From: a virus
IMG/VR virus record: IMGVR_UViG_3300032323_003754
Span: 19,214-83,213 of that record
Reading direction: 5' to 3' (one strand)
DNA length: 64,000 bases
Position 1 is the stretch's first letter; every line of letters begins with the position of its first letter. A program made the translations under genes and the position numbers. Of the stretch, positions 31,026 to 41,103 are shown piece after piece. Under the pieces are notes generated by a model, which saw only the letters and a program-made list of their open reading frames with translations, was not told where the DNA came from and ran no database searches.

Positions 31026-34000
31026 ATGGCCGAAAAGAAAGACAAATACAAATCATCGTTTGGAGTAGTAAGAGCCAACCCTAGAATTTCTGGTAATTTA
31101 AAACTTACCGTTGATTCAGGTTCTAATATATGGCTTAACTCTATAGATTCTAACGATGAAATGTCAAAGAACGAGTATAAAGGATATAGGATATCTCCTG
31201 ACGGAGATTTCTCTCAGGACGTTTATAACTTCTTTAATAAAGGAAAGACCCCAACTAATTTTATATTTGGTATAAAGAATGAGGAAAAACCACAAGAAAC
31301 ATATACAAGCTCGTTAGATCTTCAATATGATGGGTTTTATCACATGGGGGTTACCCCATTAATATCTGACGTTTATAGTGAAGACTTTTCATACCTTGCA
31401 CCAATGTGGCTTGGTACGGACATTCCTAAATATTTTGTTATTTTTAGAGTAGATGATCCTATAGATTTTTCATATCTAGTAAAAGTTACTTCATTAGAGA
31501 TTGGAAAAAATTATAAGGTTATTGAAAATTACGGGGTGGATACAACATCTCCTCAGTATCAACAGTATCAAATTAAATCCGACGGAATTACATATTCTTC
31601 AGGAACTATCTTTATTGCAACATCTTCAAACTTTACATCCTTATCCGGTAACGGTAGTGTTATTCTTTTGGATGGTAATTATAACAAGCAATTTGTAGGT
31701 GATATACAAGATCATTTCGTGGAGAATATACTTCCTAAATCGTCTGTTGTTGCAACCTTTTCCTTACAGGGGGATACTAAGGTAGGAAAATATATTAGAA
31801 AAATCCAGGCAAACTCAAATTATACGCAATCCCTGATTGATGTAAAGTTTGAACAAAATTCACTTAGCACATATAATGGCGTTTCTGTTAAAGATGGGGT
31901 ATACACTAAAAAAGGAGAATACTTAAATTCTAACTTTGTTACCGATTCTACTGTCATAGAGTTAGACCAAATAGTTACTGATGGATTTAAAAGAAATGAT
32001 ATAATATCTTACAATCTATTAAATCTTGAGTTTTTATTTACTGACGAAAATGCAGATCTTTACACCATAAATAGATATTATGGATTTTATGTTGATGATA
32101 TTACTACTGGAAAATTTAAACTTTCCGGAGAATCATTTTATCAAAACTCCCTAACTGAAGGAAATTTTCCGGAGCCTAAATCTGCTACACAGATCTCCGA
32201 TAAAATGACTTCATCTTTTTATCAAACTAACGAAAATGGGGTTAAACTATTTGTAGATCCTTCGTCTAAATGGGGATATGTTCCAACATCGGATGATGTA
32301 CACATTAATGATAGATTAAAGATATTTTACGTAAAAGATAAAAATCATAATTTCCATTCATATAAGCAAGTTAAGGATTATCAAAACTCTGCAACAGATA
32401 ATGATAAATGGGGAACCGGTACACCGTCCGAAGATTTAATAATTCTCAAAAATAAAATAATAGATCTTTCTATTTTTTCCGGAGCGGACAAAACTAAAAC
32501 TAAAGAATATAAGGGCACTTTAACAAAATCTGGTGGAAGATCATACTCTACCATTAAAATAACAGACGAACTTACACCAAATGATGCAATAGTTCTTTAT
32601 CACCCTTTTGGAGAAAACCTAATAAACAGTAGGAGATATGACTATTTTGTTGCATCAGATCTAACATACGTTAAACCCGGATGGGGTCCAGGAAGTTTTA
32701 GCGACGAAGGAGGTGCTTATTATTTTCATCCGTTTGGAACTAATGAAGAAATAGCATTGTCTATCACTAATGTTTTAAATAGCGTTAATTATAAATCATA
32801 TAGAGCTTTCAATTCTGGAAATGAGATTATTATCAGAACAGAAGGAAGCGATCGCAGAAACGATGGAATGTTTTCCCTTTTTATCTATAAAGATTTTTAC
32901 AACAAATCTCAGTTTACTGATACTGGAAAAATTTATTTTAACGACATTGATGGTAAGGATTTAACCGATGTGTTGAATTTTATAGGAGGTTCCGAGTACA
33001 CCAATACTAGAATTAAGGTTACAAATATAGATGCTAGTAAAATCTCGGTAGATAAAAGTTACGTTAGAACTAATTTCGGTTTTTCTAAGGTTAAATTTAT
33101 AGGAAAATGTATAGACTACGACCCGACTGAGATAGAGTTCAATCGTATAAAAAATTATGATACACATTCTGTAATAGAAATAGAAAACAATACCCATACT
33201 ATATTAGTAGGATCCAATAGTACAATCGTAGTAGAGGAATTAATTGATGTAGAGACCGGGGTATTTTCTATGTATGGTCTTAAAGATCTGGACGTGGATT
33301 TCTGGTCCAGTAACTACGGAAAAACCCCAACTGAGGAGTATTATAGATATGTCGATGTCCAGCCTGATGGGATAACTCCTATTATACAGGGTATAGACTA
33401 TGCTGTAGCTTTAGGTTCTATTGTTGAATACATGGGTACTAACTATGGTCAAGGAGCTACTGCAGGATTCATTTTTAGAGGTGGAACTGGTACTGCTTAT
33501 AAACTAATTCAATCATCAAATACCTCCAGATCAAATGTGGTACCTGCACCCTTTGTTAATTCTATAACGAATGCAGCTTCTGGAATAAACGATCCTTTAG
33601 TCGATATTGATAAATTTCCTGGATTCCTGGGATTACAAGATATTAAATTTTTAAATGATACCTCTACTATACTAACAAAAGAGGATCAGATGTATTTTGG
33701 AAAGGTTGATAGTGAGTACGATGTATTAAAGGAAAATTATATCAGAAATCTTTCAAACGTATCTAGAGTTATTCCATATATCACTAAATGGGTATATCAA
33801 GGGGGAATAGATGTTAGGGGAAATGATTATAGATTAAACTCTAGCCCTGCATTTACACCTCTTAACTTTTCACCTAGCTTTTTTAGTCCAGGAAGAGATC
33901 CTTTATATTTTACCAACGAGTGGTATTTATTAGAAAATCCTCCAATACTAGCAACACAAAAACTTATTGCGGATACAAATAATTATTGTACAGGGAGTAT

Positions 34001-36683
34001 TTCTTTATCATCCTTACAAAATGCTGATCCTTCAGAGGAGGATTATTTTGTTAACTATTTTACTGTTGATGGAAACGACTACTACAATTTAGATCCTGTT
34101 AAATTTAGTGAAATAAAAAGTAAGGCTGCAGATCAGAGATATACATATTTTACATACGATTCTGCATCCGGATTTTCTGAAACTCTATTTAGAGGAGTTA
34201 AAGTTAGGATCAAAGAAAGAACCGATACTTCTTTAAAAACAAAAGAGAGAAACCTATTTAAGTCGGGGGATCAGAAATTTAAGGGTTATAAGTTTTCTTG
34301 TATTCTTAAATCGATAGATGATCCAGATCCTTATTCTGTAACATCACCGGTCACGTTTAATGTTATACAGAATGATACATTCAAAACTGTTACTCTGGTT
34401 ATTACTATCATTAACAACGATCTAAGATTTACTGATTTTGAATCTCTGTCTGATGTATTGTATAATCCTAATTCGGATGCTAATCTTTTATTTAGCAGTG
34501 CTACTGGTTCTTGGTATTATAATCCGACTGGTATTTATGGAGGATCAGATTACTTTGGTTTATACTCCATTAGTAACAAATATAGACATTCGGTTACTGG
34601 TAGTTCTTCTTTATCTGAAAGAGCTAGATTATTAGGGGGAGGAACACTTTCATCTATGATAGGTGATGTTAAATTAAGCTCTGGGTTAAATGTAACCACT
34701 AGAGCAACCATAGGAATATCTTCTTATGTTGGATTTGATAGTTTTAATGGAAGCGGTATAATTCCTATAGTAGTTAATGAAGGATACGACACAGATTTGA
34801 GAGAGGAAGTTAAATTCTTTTCTCCATCAACACCCGTTTCGGGTCCTTCTACTAGACCTTCTTCTTTTAGGGATCAATATACCCTATTCTCTCCTAAACC
34901 TAATGACCCTGGTCAGTACTGGGAGAAAATACCTTGGCCTACCGGTGCTGGTAAAAACTATTTAAATTTTAATGAGGTATCTACGGTATCTTCATATTTG
35001 TTTGATTTTACTAATCTTGGCTATAGCCCGCCATTATTTACCAAAGTCCCTGTTGCTATTTCTTACAGTATGATTCAAAATAAATCTGTATATCAATTTT
35101 CATCCGGTGAAAATTATTGGGAGTATGTTTTTAATAAAATATCATTTCCCGAGATTTATAAACTCTTTTCAGAAGATAATGGTTATATTAATTACACCAG
35201 AACTTATTGGGATTCTTCTAGATCACTAACTGTCACTGAAAGCGATACGTATGTTTTAGAATTCACCAAACCATCATCGTTTATACAGAACTCAAGAAAA
35301 ATCCCTCTGGAGGATAATTTTAAGCCTGAGAAATATTCAAATACACTAGTAGGATATCAGCTTATAAACGAAAACAGTGTTACTGAATTTTTTAGATATG
35401 GCGGGGGATACTCTCCTAAATTCGTTGATGTCCTTCCTTTCTCTAATATAAAAGACGATTATTTAAGTTCGGATAGAAACAATCCTAATTCTTTAGATGT
35501 TATAGTTTCACTTAGAGAAAAAACAAGAGAAGATTCTAAATTTTATGGAGTAGGATCAATCTATGAAATATTGATAGATGGATCGCCTAGGAAAAAATTA
35601 AGACTTGTTAAAGGAAACACCTATAATTTTATTTTTGATAATTTCCGTTCAACGCTTCATAGTGGAGCTTTCCCTATAAAGAAGGATTTTGTAATATCCT
35701 TAGTTGAAAATTCGGGGGATCCCCAGAATTCGTACACTACAAAGTACACATTAGGAACGACAAGTTCAACTTTTACTGTTCCTGAAAATATACCTAACGA
35801 AGTATATTATGAACTAGAGGGGGAAAACTTCTCTGGTGGATCCGCTACCATAGTTGAAAGTTTAGAATATAAAAATACAACATTCGGTATAGAAAAAGAT
35901 TCTTTTGCAACTGTTAAGAATCTAAATTTCTATAAATATGCGAAATCAAATCCGTTCGGTATAGATCCTGAATCTGGATATAAATTACAATATCCACTTA
36001 TAGGAGAAACCCCAATAGACAGAAGAGATCTATTTATTTTTGAAAGTACCTGGGATGCTGGGAGATATCAAGAATATCTTGCCCCTACGACATATCAATA
36101 TCTACCAGGAACGAAGAATATGATAGAACAAAAATCTTTCTTAGGAAGTAAGGCAATGAAAACCCCGAATCTTATAAAAGAACAACTACAGCTTAAATAT
36201 CCTTCTTCGGTTAATGACGTTTTTAACTCAAATTCGGACCTTTATCCTAAGTATGAAATTATATGGGAAGAAACCGATACTGAGATAAAGGCCTTACTAT
36301 TGATCAATAGAACAGCGATAAAGCATTTCCAGAAGGGTGGAATAGACAAGAGATTTTCAGAATTACTTGTTTCTGAGTTTGGTATCGGAAATGATACGAC
36401 CTTAACTGACGATGTGGATGAATACATTAAAAATAACATTCTCCCACAATACGAAGCAAAAGAAATAAGCGTGTATATTAAAAAGATACAAATTACACCA
36501 GGTGTAGATTTACAACCAATAATTACAGATCTTTCTGACTATCAAAAGATCTCTAGTGGATTTTTAAAATCTACCAATAACGATATAACAAAAAAATCAC
36601 CTCTCGAGTATGAATTTAGACTTAGAAAAGATCCTTCTTTTGATTATTCAGTAGCTTTCTCTTTTCTGGTCGGAAAAATATAA
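31026..36683 (+). CDS. Giant hypothetical virion structural protein
   Basis: 1885-aa beta-rich ORF in the structural cluster. Confidence 0.55.
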   Translation: MAEKKDKYKSSFGVVRANPRISGNLKLTVDSGSNIWLNSIDSNDEMSKNEYKGYRISPDGDFSQDVYNFFNKGKTPTNFIFGIKNEEKPQETYTSSLDLQYDGFYHMGVTPLISDVYSEDFSYLAPMWLGTDIPKYFVIFRVDDPIDFSYLVKVTSLEIGKNYKVIENYGVDTTSPQYQQYQIKSDGITYSSGTIFIATSSNFTSLSGNGSVILLDGNYNKQFVGDIQDHFVENILPKSSVVATFSLQGDTKVGKYIRKIQANSNYTQSLIDVKFEQNSLSTYNGVSVKDGVYTKKGEYLNSNFVTDSTVIELDQIVTDGFKRNDIISYNLLNLEFLFTDENADLYTINRYYGFYVDDITTGKFKLSGESFYQNSLTEGNFPEPKSATQISDKMTSSFYQTNENGVKLFVDPSSKWGYVPTSDDVHINDRLKIFYVKDKNHNFHSYKQVKDYQNSATDNDKWGTGTPSEDLIILKNKIIDLSIFSGADKTKTKEYKGTLTKSGGRSYSTIKITDELTPNDAIVLYHPFGENLINSRRYDYFVASDLTYVKPGWGPGSFSDEGGAYYFHPFGTNEEIALSITNVLNSVNYKSYRAFNSGNEIIIRTEGSDRRNDGMFSLFIYKDFYNKSQFTDTGKIYFNDIDGKDLTDVLNFIGGSEYTNTRIKVTNIDASKISVDKSYVRTNFGFSKVKFIGKCIDYDPTEIEFNRIKNYDTHSVIEIENNTHTILVGSNSTIVVEELIDVETGVFSMYGLKDLDVDFWSSNYGKTPTEEYYRYVDVQPDGITPIIQGIDYAVALGSIVEYMGTNYGQGATAGFIFRGGTGTAYKLIQSSNTSRSNVVPAPFVNSITNAASGINDPLVDIDKFPGFLGLQDIKFLNDTSTILTKEDQMYFGKVDSEYDVLKENYIRNLSNVSRVIPYITKWVYQGGIDVRGNDYRLNSSPAFTPLNFSPSFFSPGRDPLYFTNEWYLLENPPILATQKLIADTNNYCTGSISLSSLQNADPSEEDYFVNYFTVDGNDYYNLDPVKFSEIKSKAADQRYTYFTYDSASGFSETLFRGVKVRIKERTDTSLKTKERNLFKSGDQKFKGYKFSCILKSIDDPDPYSVTSPVTFNVIQNDTFKTVTLVITIINNDLRFTDFESLSDVLYNPNSDANLLFSSATGSWYYNPTGIYGGSDYFGLYSISNKYRHSVTGSSSLSERARLLGGGTLSSMIGDVKLSSGLNVTTRATIGISSYVGFDSFNGSGIIPIVVNEGYDTDLREEVKFFSPSTPVSGPSTRPSSFRDQYTLFSPKPNDPGQYWEKIPWPTGAGKNYLNFNEVSTVSSYLFDFTNLGYSPPLFTKVPVAISYSMIQNKSVYQFSSGENYWEYVFNKISFPEIYKLFSEDNGYINYTRTYWDSSRSLTVTESDTYVLEFTKPSSFIQNSRKIPLEDNFKPEKYSNTLVGYQLINENSVTEFFRYGGGYSPKFVDVLPFSNIKDDYLSSDRNNPNSLDVIVSLREKTREDSKFYGVGSIYEILIDGSPRKKLRLVKGNTYNFIFDNFRSTLHSGAFPIKKDFVISLVENSGDPQNSYTTKYTLGTTSSTFTVPENIPNEVYYELEGENFSGGSATIVESLEYKNTTFGIEKDSFATVKNLNFYKYAKSNPFGIDPESGYKLQYPLIGETPIDRRDLFIFESTWDAGRYQEYLAPTTYQYLPGTKNMIEQKSFLGSKAMKTPNLIKEQLQLKYPSSVNDVFNSNSDLYPKYEIIWEETDTEIKALLLINRTAIKHFQKGGIDKRFSELLVSEFGIGNDTTLTDDVDEYIKNNILPQYEAKEISVYIKKIQITPGVDLQPIITDLSDYQKISSGFLKSTNNDITKKSPLEYEFRLRKDPSFDYSVAFSFLVGKI

Positions 36684-36687
36684 GGGA

Positions 36688-36695
36688 GATATATA
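36688..36695 (+). promoter_or_regulatory. Putative phage late promoter GATATATA
   Basis: Recurrent octamer 19 nt before the tail-fibre ATG. Confidence 0.55.
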
Positions 36696-36714
36696 TAAAA
36701 ACTAATAGAGCGAG

Positions 36715-39700
36715 ATGCCGCAAATAAACATACTAAATATTCTTCCTGGTGATCAACAATCAATACTAGTTGACAAGGTTAATTATAACTTTGACCAGAT
36801 ATTAACAGCTGGTGGAGGACCACAAGGACCGCAAGGTATTAGGGGTGCTACAGGGGCTATAGGACCTCAAGGAATTCAGGGACCTACCGGACCTCAGGGA
36901 TTAAGAGGAGCTAGATGGTACGTACAGCCATCTGCACCAGCTACTGGAAATCTTTTAAATACCCCTTGGGGGGAACCTGAACTTGGAGATTATTGGCTTT
37001 CTGGAACAAGCGATGCTAATCCTCTTGGCGTATATGTTTATGATGAAACCGTCCCAGGAACACTTAATTGGGTATATTCTAATGTTTCTTTTAACAATAC
37101 ATCGGTATTTACTGCTATTGATAATCTGAATAACACAAATGACAGGGCTTTAATTCACGATACGGAGTTTAGTAATAAATATGGACTAGTTCTTAGTGAT
37201 TACGGTGTTGTTGGCGGGGAAACTAATTTCAATTATGATTCTGCATTTGTTAGTAAATTTACAATAAACGCAGAAAGAGCTAAATTAAAAATAGCTACTG
37301 ATCCTGTGCAGGGTGCATCATCTTTGATTTCATTTGGTCGTGCAAATCTGGATAACGCAAACGGAGAAACTGGAGCTTCTTTCAGTCAAGGACACAACCC
37401 AAGATTTCAATGGAAAGTACCAGCCGCAACGAATGCTAATTATGATATTCAATTTTTTAGCCCCGTTGGAAATTTCGAGATACTTGCATCTGCTAGCACG
37501 TTTGGTGTAACTGGAGCAAATATTAGAATGTATGCTTCCTCTAATATAACATTAATAGGAAATACATTTACAATCACTAGAACAGGAGCGGGTAACACAT
37601 ATACCTCTACAGGGACTGGAACTTATGATGTGAGTGGATCTCAAATAAGATTTTCTCCAACATACACAGATACTATAGGTAATTTTATAGTTGGAGACGC
37701 TGTTAATACTGGTGGATCTAAAGGTATAGTTATTTCAACATCTGCAAATACCCCAGGAAGATCCTTAGTATTTAAAAGTCATCAATCTTTAGCTACTGAT
37801 TCTGCTTATGGTAAAATAGCAGCAGAAAAGCAAAACGGAACATCCCCGGTTTCTAGTATAGGGTTTGTAGCAGATGGTACAGGTACAAGAATAGATTTTT
37901 CTGTAAGTAACGGAAGTTCAAACGATTTAAATAGATTAAGACTTGATAAAGATGGTAACCTACAATTTAGAGCGGTTGATTCTTCGATTTATATGCAGGA
38001 CGTTGGTACTGGTGCTGCCGGATTAAATCTTTCTATATCTGCAGGATCAGGTGGAGGCGGTGGTAATCTGATACTAAACGGAGGATCCGTTCCTGGAGGA
38101 TTTACAAGCGGTAAGGTTATTATAAATCCCGGAGCAGTTGCTTCGGGGTCTGGATCTAGTCTTGGTAGTGTTTATTTACATACTACCCAATCCAATAAAA
38201 CAAACGTCAGTGGTGTTTCTATAGGAATAGATTCTAACACATCAGTTGATGCAGCATTAGTAGTTGCAGATACCAACTATAACATACCTGCAGGAGATAT
38301 ATTCGAGCTTAAAACGTATGCACAAAGAGCAATTGCTAGAAACACGGATCTTTCAGTTGATACCTCTCATTTCTTTGGATTTGACGGAGATGGGTATGCA
38401 ACTAAGGGCTTACCGTTCAACCCGACACTTGGATCTGGTGGATATGCATTATCCTCTGATAATTATAATTTGGACTATTATGCAGAAGGGGATTGGAACA
38501 GTAGTTTATCTCTAACTACTATAGGATCAGTTGCTGGCTGGGATTCAAGTAAATATAAAATAGTTAAATCTAGATTCACAAGAATAGGTGATACTGTTCA
38601 AGTGGATTTTGTTATAAAAATTGATTCTCTAACTTCCGGCATTGCTACACCTTCTCCTGCATCTAATGGATTTATGTATATTTCTGGATTTCCTTATTCC
38701 CCAGATTTTAGTAGAGTTAGATTAGGAACTGCAACCAACTTATACACAGCACCTGCTATGCCACTTGTATCGATTAAAGGATCCGGATTTGGTAATTCCA
38801 TTAATACCGGAGGAGGAAATCCAGTAGGGACTATACAAATATATCCTGGTGCTAATATACCTGCAGGATGGCTAACCTGCGACGGGTCTGCTATATCAAG
38901 AACAACGTATGCTGATTTATTTGCGTCAATAGGAACAACCTACGGGAATGGTGACGGTGGAACAACATTTAACCTTCCAGATTTAAGAGGTAAATTTATT
39001 AGAGGTTTAGGTGGAAATTCGTTGGGATTAACAGAAACACAGGCTGATGAGATAAAATCTCACTCTCACGTTCTTAATTACAAAAAAGGAGCATCCGACG
39101 ATAATGAATCAGGAATCTCTGGAGAATATATGAGAAAACTCGGTGCAGGAGGGGGATCCAATTATGGTAATGGAACAACTACCACGGAAACTTCAGGAAG
39201 CGGCATAGAAACCAGACCGGTCAATATGGCAATGAATTACATTATCTATGCCGGATCTACGTCAGGGGCTTCAACACAGACTGAACTTTCTGGTGCATTT
39301 GTTAACGAGAGTAATGGAAGATTTTATATCTATAATGGAAGCGGTAATTTGAACGTTTCTAATGTTCCTGCAGGAACTGGGGTTACCTCATATTTATATG
39401 GTAGTTTTAGTTATTTCACACTAAGTTCTACTACTTACAGTGGAATTGCTACTCCTAGTCCGATGGCACCACCACCTTCTCCAACTCCGACACCAACTCC
39501 GACACCAACACCGACGCCAACACCAACACCGACGCCAACACCGACGCCAACACCGACGCCAACACCGACTCCAACGCCAACACCGACTCCAACGCCAACA
39601 CCGACTCCAACGCCGACTCCAACGCCACAGCTATATTATTATCTTGTAGAAACTTGTGGTGGAGGTGAGCAATTTTATATTAGTACGAGTACCCAAACTG

Positions 39701-39921
39701 ATATAGGTAATGCAGTTAAGGTAAATGGAGTATGCTGTTTGGTAATTTCAACCGATAGTACTGGTACGGCCCTAGTGGATGAAACTAAATATATAGATTG
39801 CTCTGCATGTAATTCAGGGACTCCACCACCATCACCAGCACCAAGCCCAGGTGGCGGAGAAACACCAACGCCATCACCAACACCAGGAGGGCCGGGAGGA
39901 GAAGAAATACCTAATCCTTAA
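36715..39921 (+). CDS. Tail fibre protein with short collagen segment, tail-collar domain, (PT)n linker and Cys-rich C-terminal domain
   Basis: KVNYNFDQI..GPQGPQGIRGATG; PVGTI..PAGWLTCDGSAISRTTYADLFASIGTTYG..FNLPDLRGKFIRG..ETRPVNMAMNYII; PT repeat. Confidence 0.85.
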   Translation: MPQINILNILPGDQQSILVDKVNYNFDQILTAGGGPQGPQGIRGATGAIGPQGIQGPTGPQGLRGARWYVQPSAPATGNLLNTPWGEPELGDYWLSGTSDANPLGVYVYDETVPGTLNWVYSNVSFNNTSVFTAIDNLNNTNDRALIHDTEFSNKYGLVLSDYGVVGGETNFNYDSAFVSKFTINAERAKLKIATDPVQGASSLISFGRANLDNANGETGASFSQGHNPRFQWKVPAATNANYDIQFFSPVGNFEILASASTFGVTGANIRMYASSNITLIGNTFTITRTGAGNTYTSTGTGTYDVSGSQIRFSPTYTDTIGNFIVGDAVNTGGSKGIVISTSANTPGRSLVFKSHQSLATDSAYGKIAAEKQNGTSPVSSIGFVADGTGTRIDFSVSNGSSNDLNRLRLDKDGNLQFRAVDSSIYMQDVGTGAAGLNLSISAGSGGGGGNLILNGGSVPGGFTSGKVIINPGAVASGSGSSLGSVYLHTTQSNKTNVSGVSIGIDSNTSVDAALVVADTNYNIPAGDIFELKTYAQRAIARNTDLSVDTSHFFGFDGDGYATKGLPFNPTLGSGGYALSSDNYNLDYYAEGDWNSSLSLTTIGSVAGWDSSKYKIVKSRFTRIGDTVQVDFVIKIDSLTSGIATPSPASNGFMYISGFPYSPDFSRVRLGTATNLYTAPAMPLVSIKGSGFGNSINTGGGNPVGTIQIYPGANIPAGWLTCDGSAISRTTYADLFASIGTTYGNGDGGTTFNLPDLRGKFIRGLGGNSLGLTETQADEIKSHSHVLNYKKGASDDNESGISGEYMRKLGAGGGSNYGNGTTTTETSGSGIETRPVNMAMNYIIYAGSTSGASTQTELSGAFVNESNGRFYIYNGSGNLNVSNVPAGTGVTSYLYGSFSYFTLSSTTYSGIATPSPMAPPPSPTPTPTPTPTPTPTPTPTPTPTPTPTPTPTPTPTPTPTPTPTPTPTPTPQLYYYLVETCGGGEQFYISTSTQTDIGNAVKVNGVCCLVISTDSTGTALVDETKYIDCSACNSGTPPPSPAPSPGGGETPTPSPTPGGPGGEEIPNP
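39481..39627 (+). repeat. (Pro-Thr)24 coding repeat
   Basis: ccR-acN hexamers with mixed synonymous codons. Confidence 0.95.
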
Positions 39922-39951
39922 TAGAGGCTATTAATTCTAAATTTAATTAAT

Positions 39952-40239
39952 ATGAATAAGCAGGAAACTGAAAAAATAAAATCGATAATAAATAATTATA
40001 AATCGATCCACCAAGAACTTAATTCCTATGAAAAAAGATTAGAAAATATGTCTTTAGGAATTGAGGAGAAACTCGAAGATGAGATCTTCTTAGTTGGGAG
40101 TAAAATTAAAAAGTGTATAAAAAAACTAGAAGACGAAAGAATTCTGGAAAGAAAATTCTATTCATCCCTTGAAAAAAAATATGGGCCGGGTGAATTGGAC
40201 ATAAATACTTTAGAATATAAAAGTAAAAAGACAATATAA
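39952..40239 (+). CDS. Hypothetical coiled-coil protein
   Basis: 95-aa ORF, co-oriented, A/T-rich start context. Confidence 0.6.
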   Translation: MNKQETEKIKSIINNYKSIHQELNSYEKRLENMSLGIEEKLEDEIFLVGSKIKKCIKKLEDERILERKFYSSLEKKYGPGELDINTLEYKSKKTI

Positions 40240-40247
40240 AATTAATC

Positions 40248-41003
40248 ATGAAGGAAGTAAAACAAAAAGTTGAAAAACAGATAGAGGTTGTACAAAAATT
40301 TAAAAATAATAATATAAAGCTTCTTGTAGTAGCAGCTCTTTTTATATTAGCGTTTTTACTATATGGTACATTTAGCAATAACTATCACAAAAAAGAAATC
40401 AAAGCTCTTGAGAATGAGATTAGTGTAGTCCAAAAGAAGTTTGATGCTGCAGTAGAAGAAAAAGAAAAATTAAGAGATTCTTCCGAGACCTACGAGGATT
40501 TGGCCAAGGAGGAAGGGATAAGAGCTGACATTTTTAGAGCAAAAGCTGCAAAGGAGAAAAAAGATAAGGAAGCAGCTTTAGCAGCATTACAAAATTTACC
40601 AAAAGATGTGATTGATACATTTTTTATTAAAAGATACGCAGAAGTTCCTAAATCTGACATTGGTTTAGAATTAGACAAAAACGTAGGTAATGCTATAGTT
40701 GTAGAATTAGTTGAAAAAGATCATTTAGTTGGACAATTAGCAACTTCTGAGAATTTGGCAGTAACCCTTACATCCCAGGTTAATACTTTACAGACCTCTT
40801 TAAATTTTTCTAAATTGGCTCTTGTGAGTGCAGATTCTGCAATCGTAGCTAGATCTAAACAATTTGAATTACAACAGCAGGTAAGTAATCTATTAAAACA
40901 AGATTTAAAAGAAGCTAAGAAAAAAGCCTTTTGGAACAAAATAAAAGGAACTGCAGTAGGTGTAGCAGTTGGTTTAACTGTAGGTCTTATTGCAGTAAAA
41001 TAA
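40248..41003 (+). CDS. Membrane-anchored coiled-coil protein (spanin-like candidate)
   Basis: N-terminal hydrophobic helix LLVVAALFILAFLLYG, long coiled coil, C-terminal GTAVGVAVGLTVGLIA. Confidence 0.5.
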   Translation: MKEVKQKVEKQIEVVQKFKNNNIKLLVVAALFILAFLLYGTFSNNYHKKEIKALENEISVVQKKFDAAVEEKEKLRDSSETYEDLAKEEGIRADIFRAKAAKEKKDKEAALAALQNLPKDVIDTFFIKRYAEVPKSDIGLELDKNVGNAIVVELVEKDHLVGQLATSENLAVTLTSQVNTLQTSLNFSKLALVSADSAIVARSKQFELQQQVSNLLKQDLKEAKKKAFWNKIKGTAVGVAVGLTVGLIAVK

Positions 41004-41088
41004 TTTTTAGCGAATGTCCATAGATAGAAAGCAATCGGTTAAATCCGTGCGGAAATTCGGTATGATATTATTGGATGATAGAAAACTT

Positions 41089-41096
41089 GATATATA
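41089..41096 (+). promoter_or_regulatory. Putative phage late promoter GATATATA
   Basis: Recurrent octamer 7 nt before ATG 41104. Confidence 0.55.
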
Positions 41097-41103
41097 AAAG
41101 AAT

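Noticed and set aside
39440-39649. His/Arg/Gln-rich 69-aa ORF
   Set aside because: Alternate-frame reading of the PT repeat
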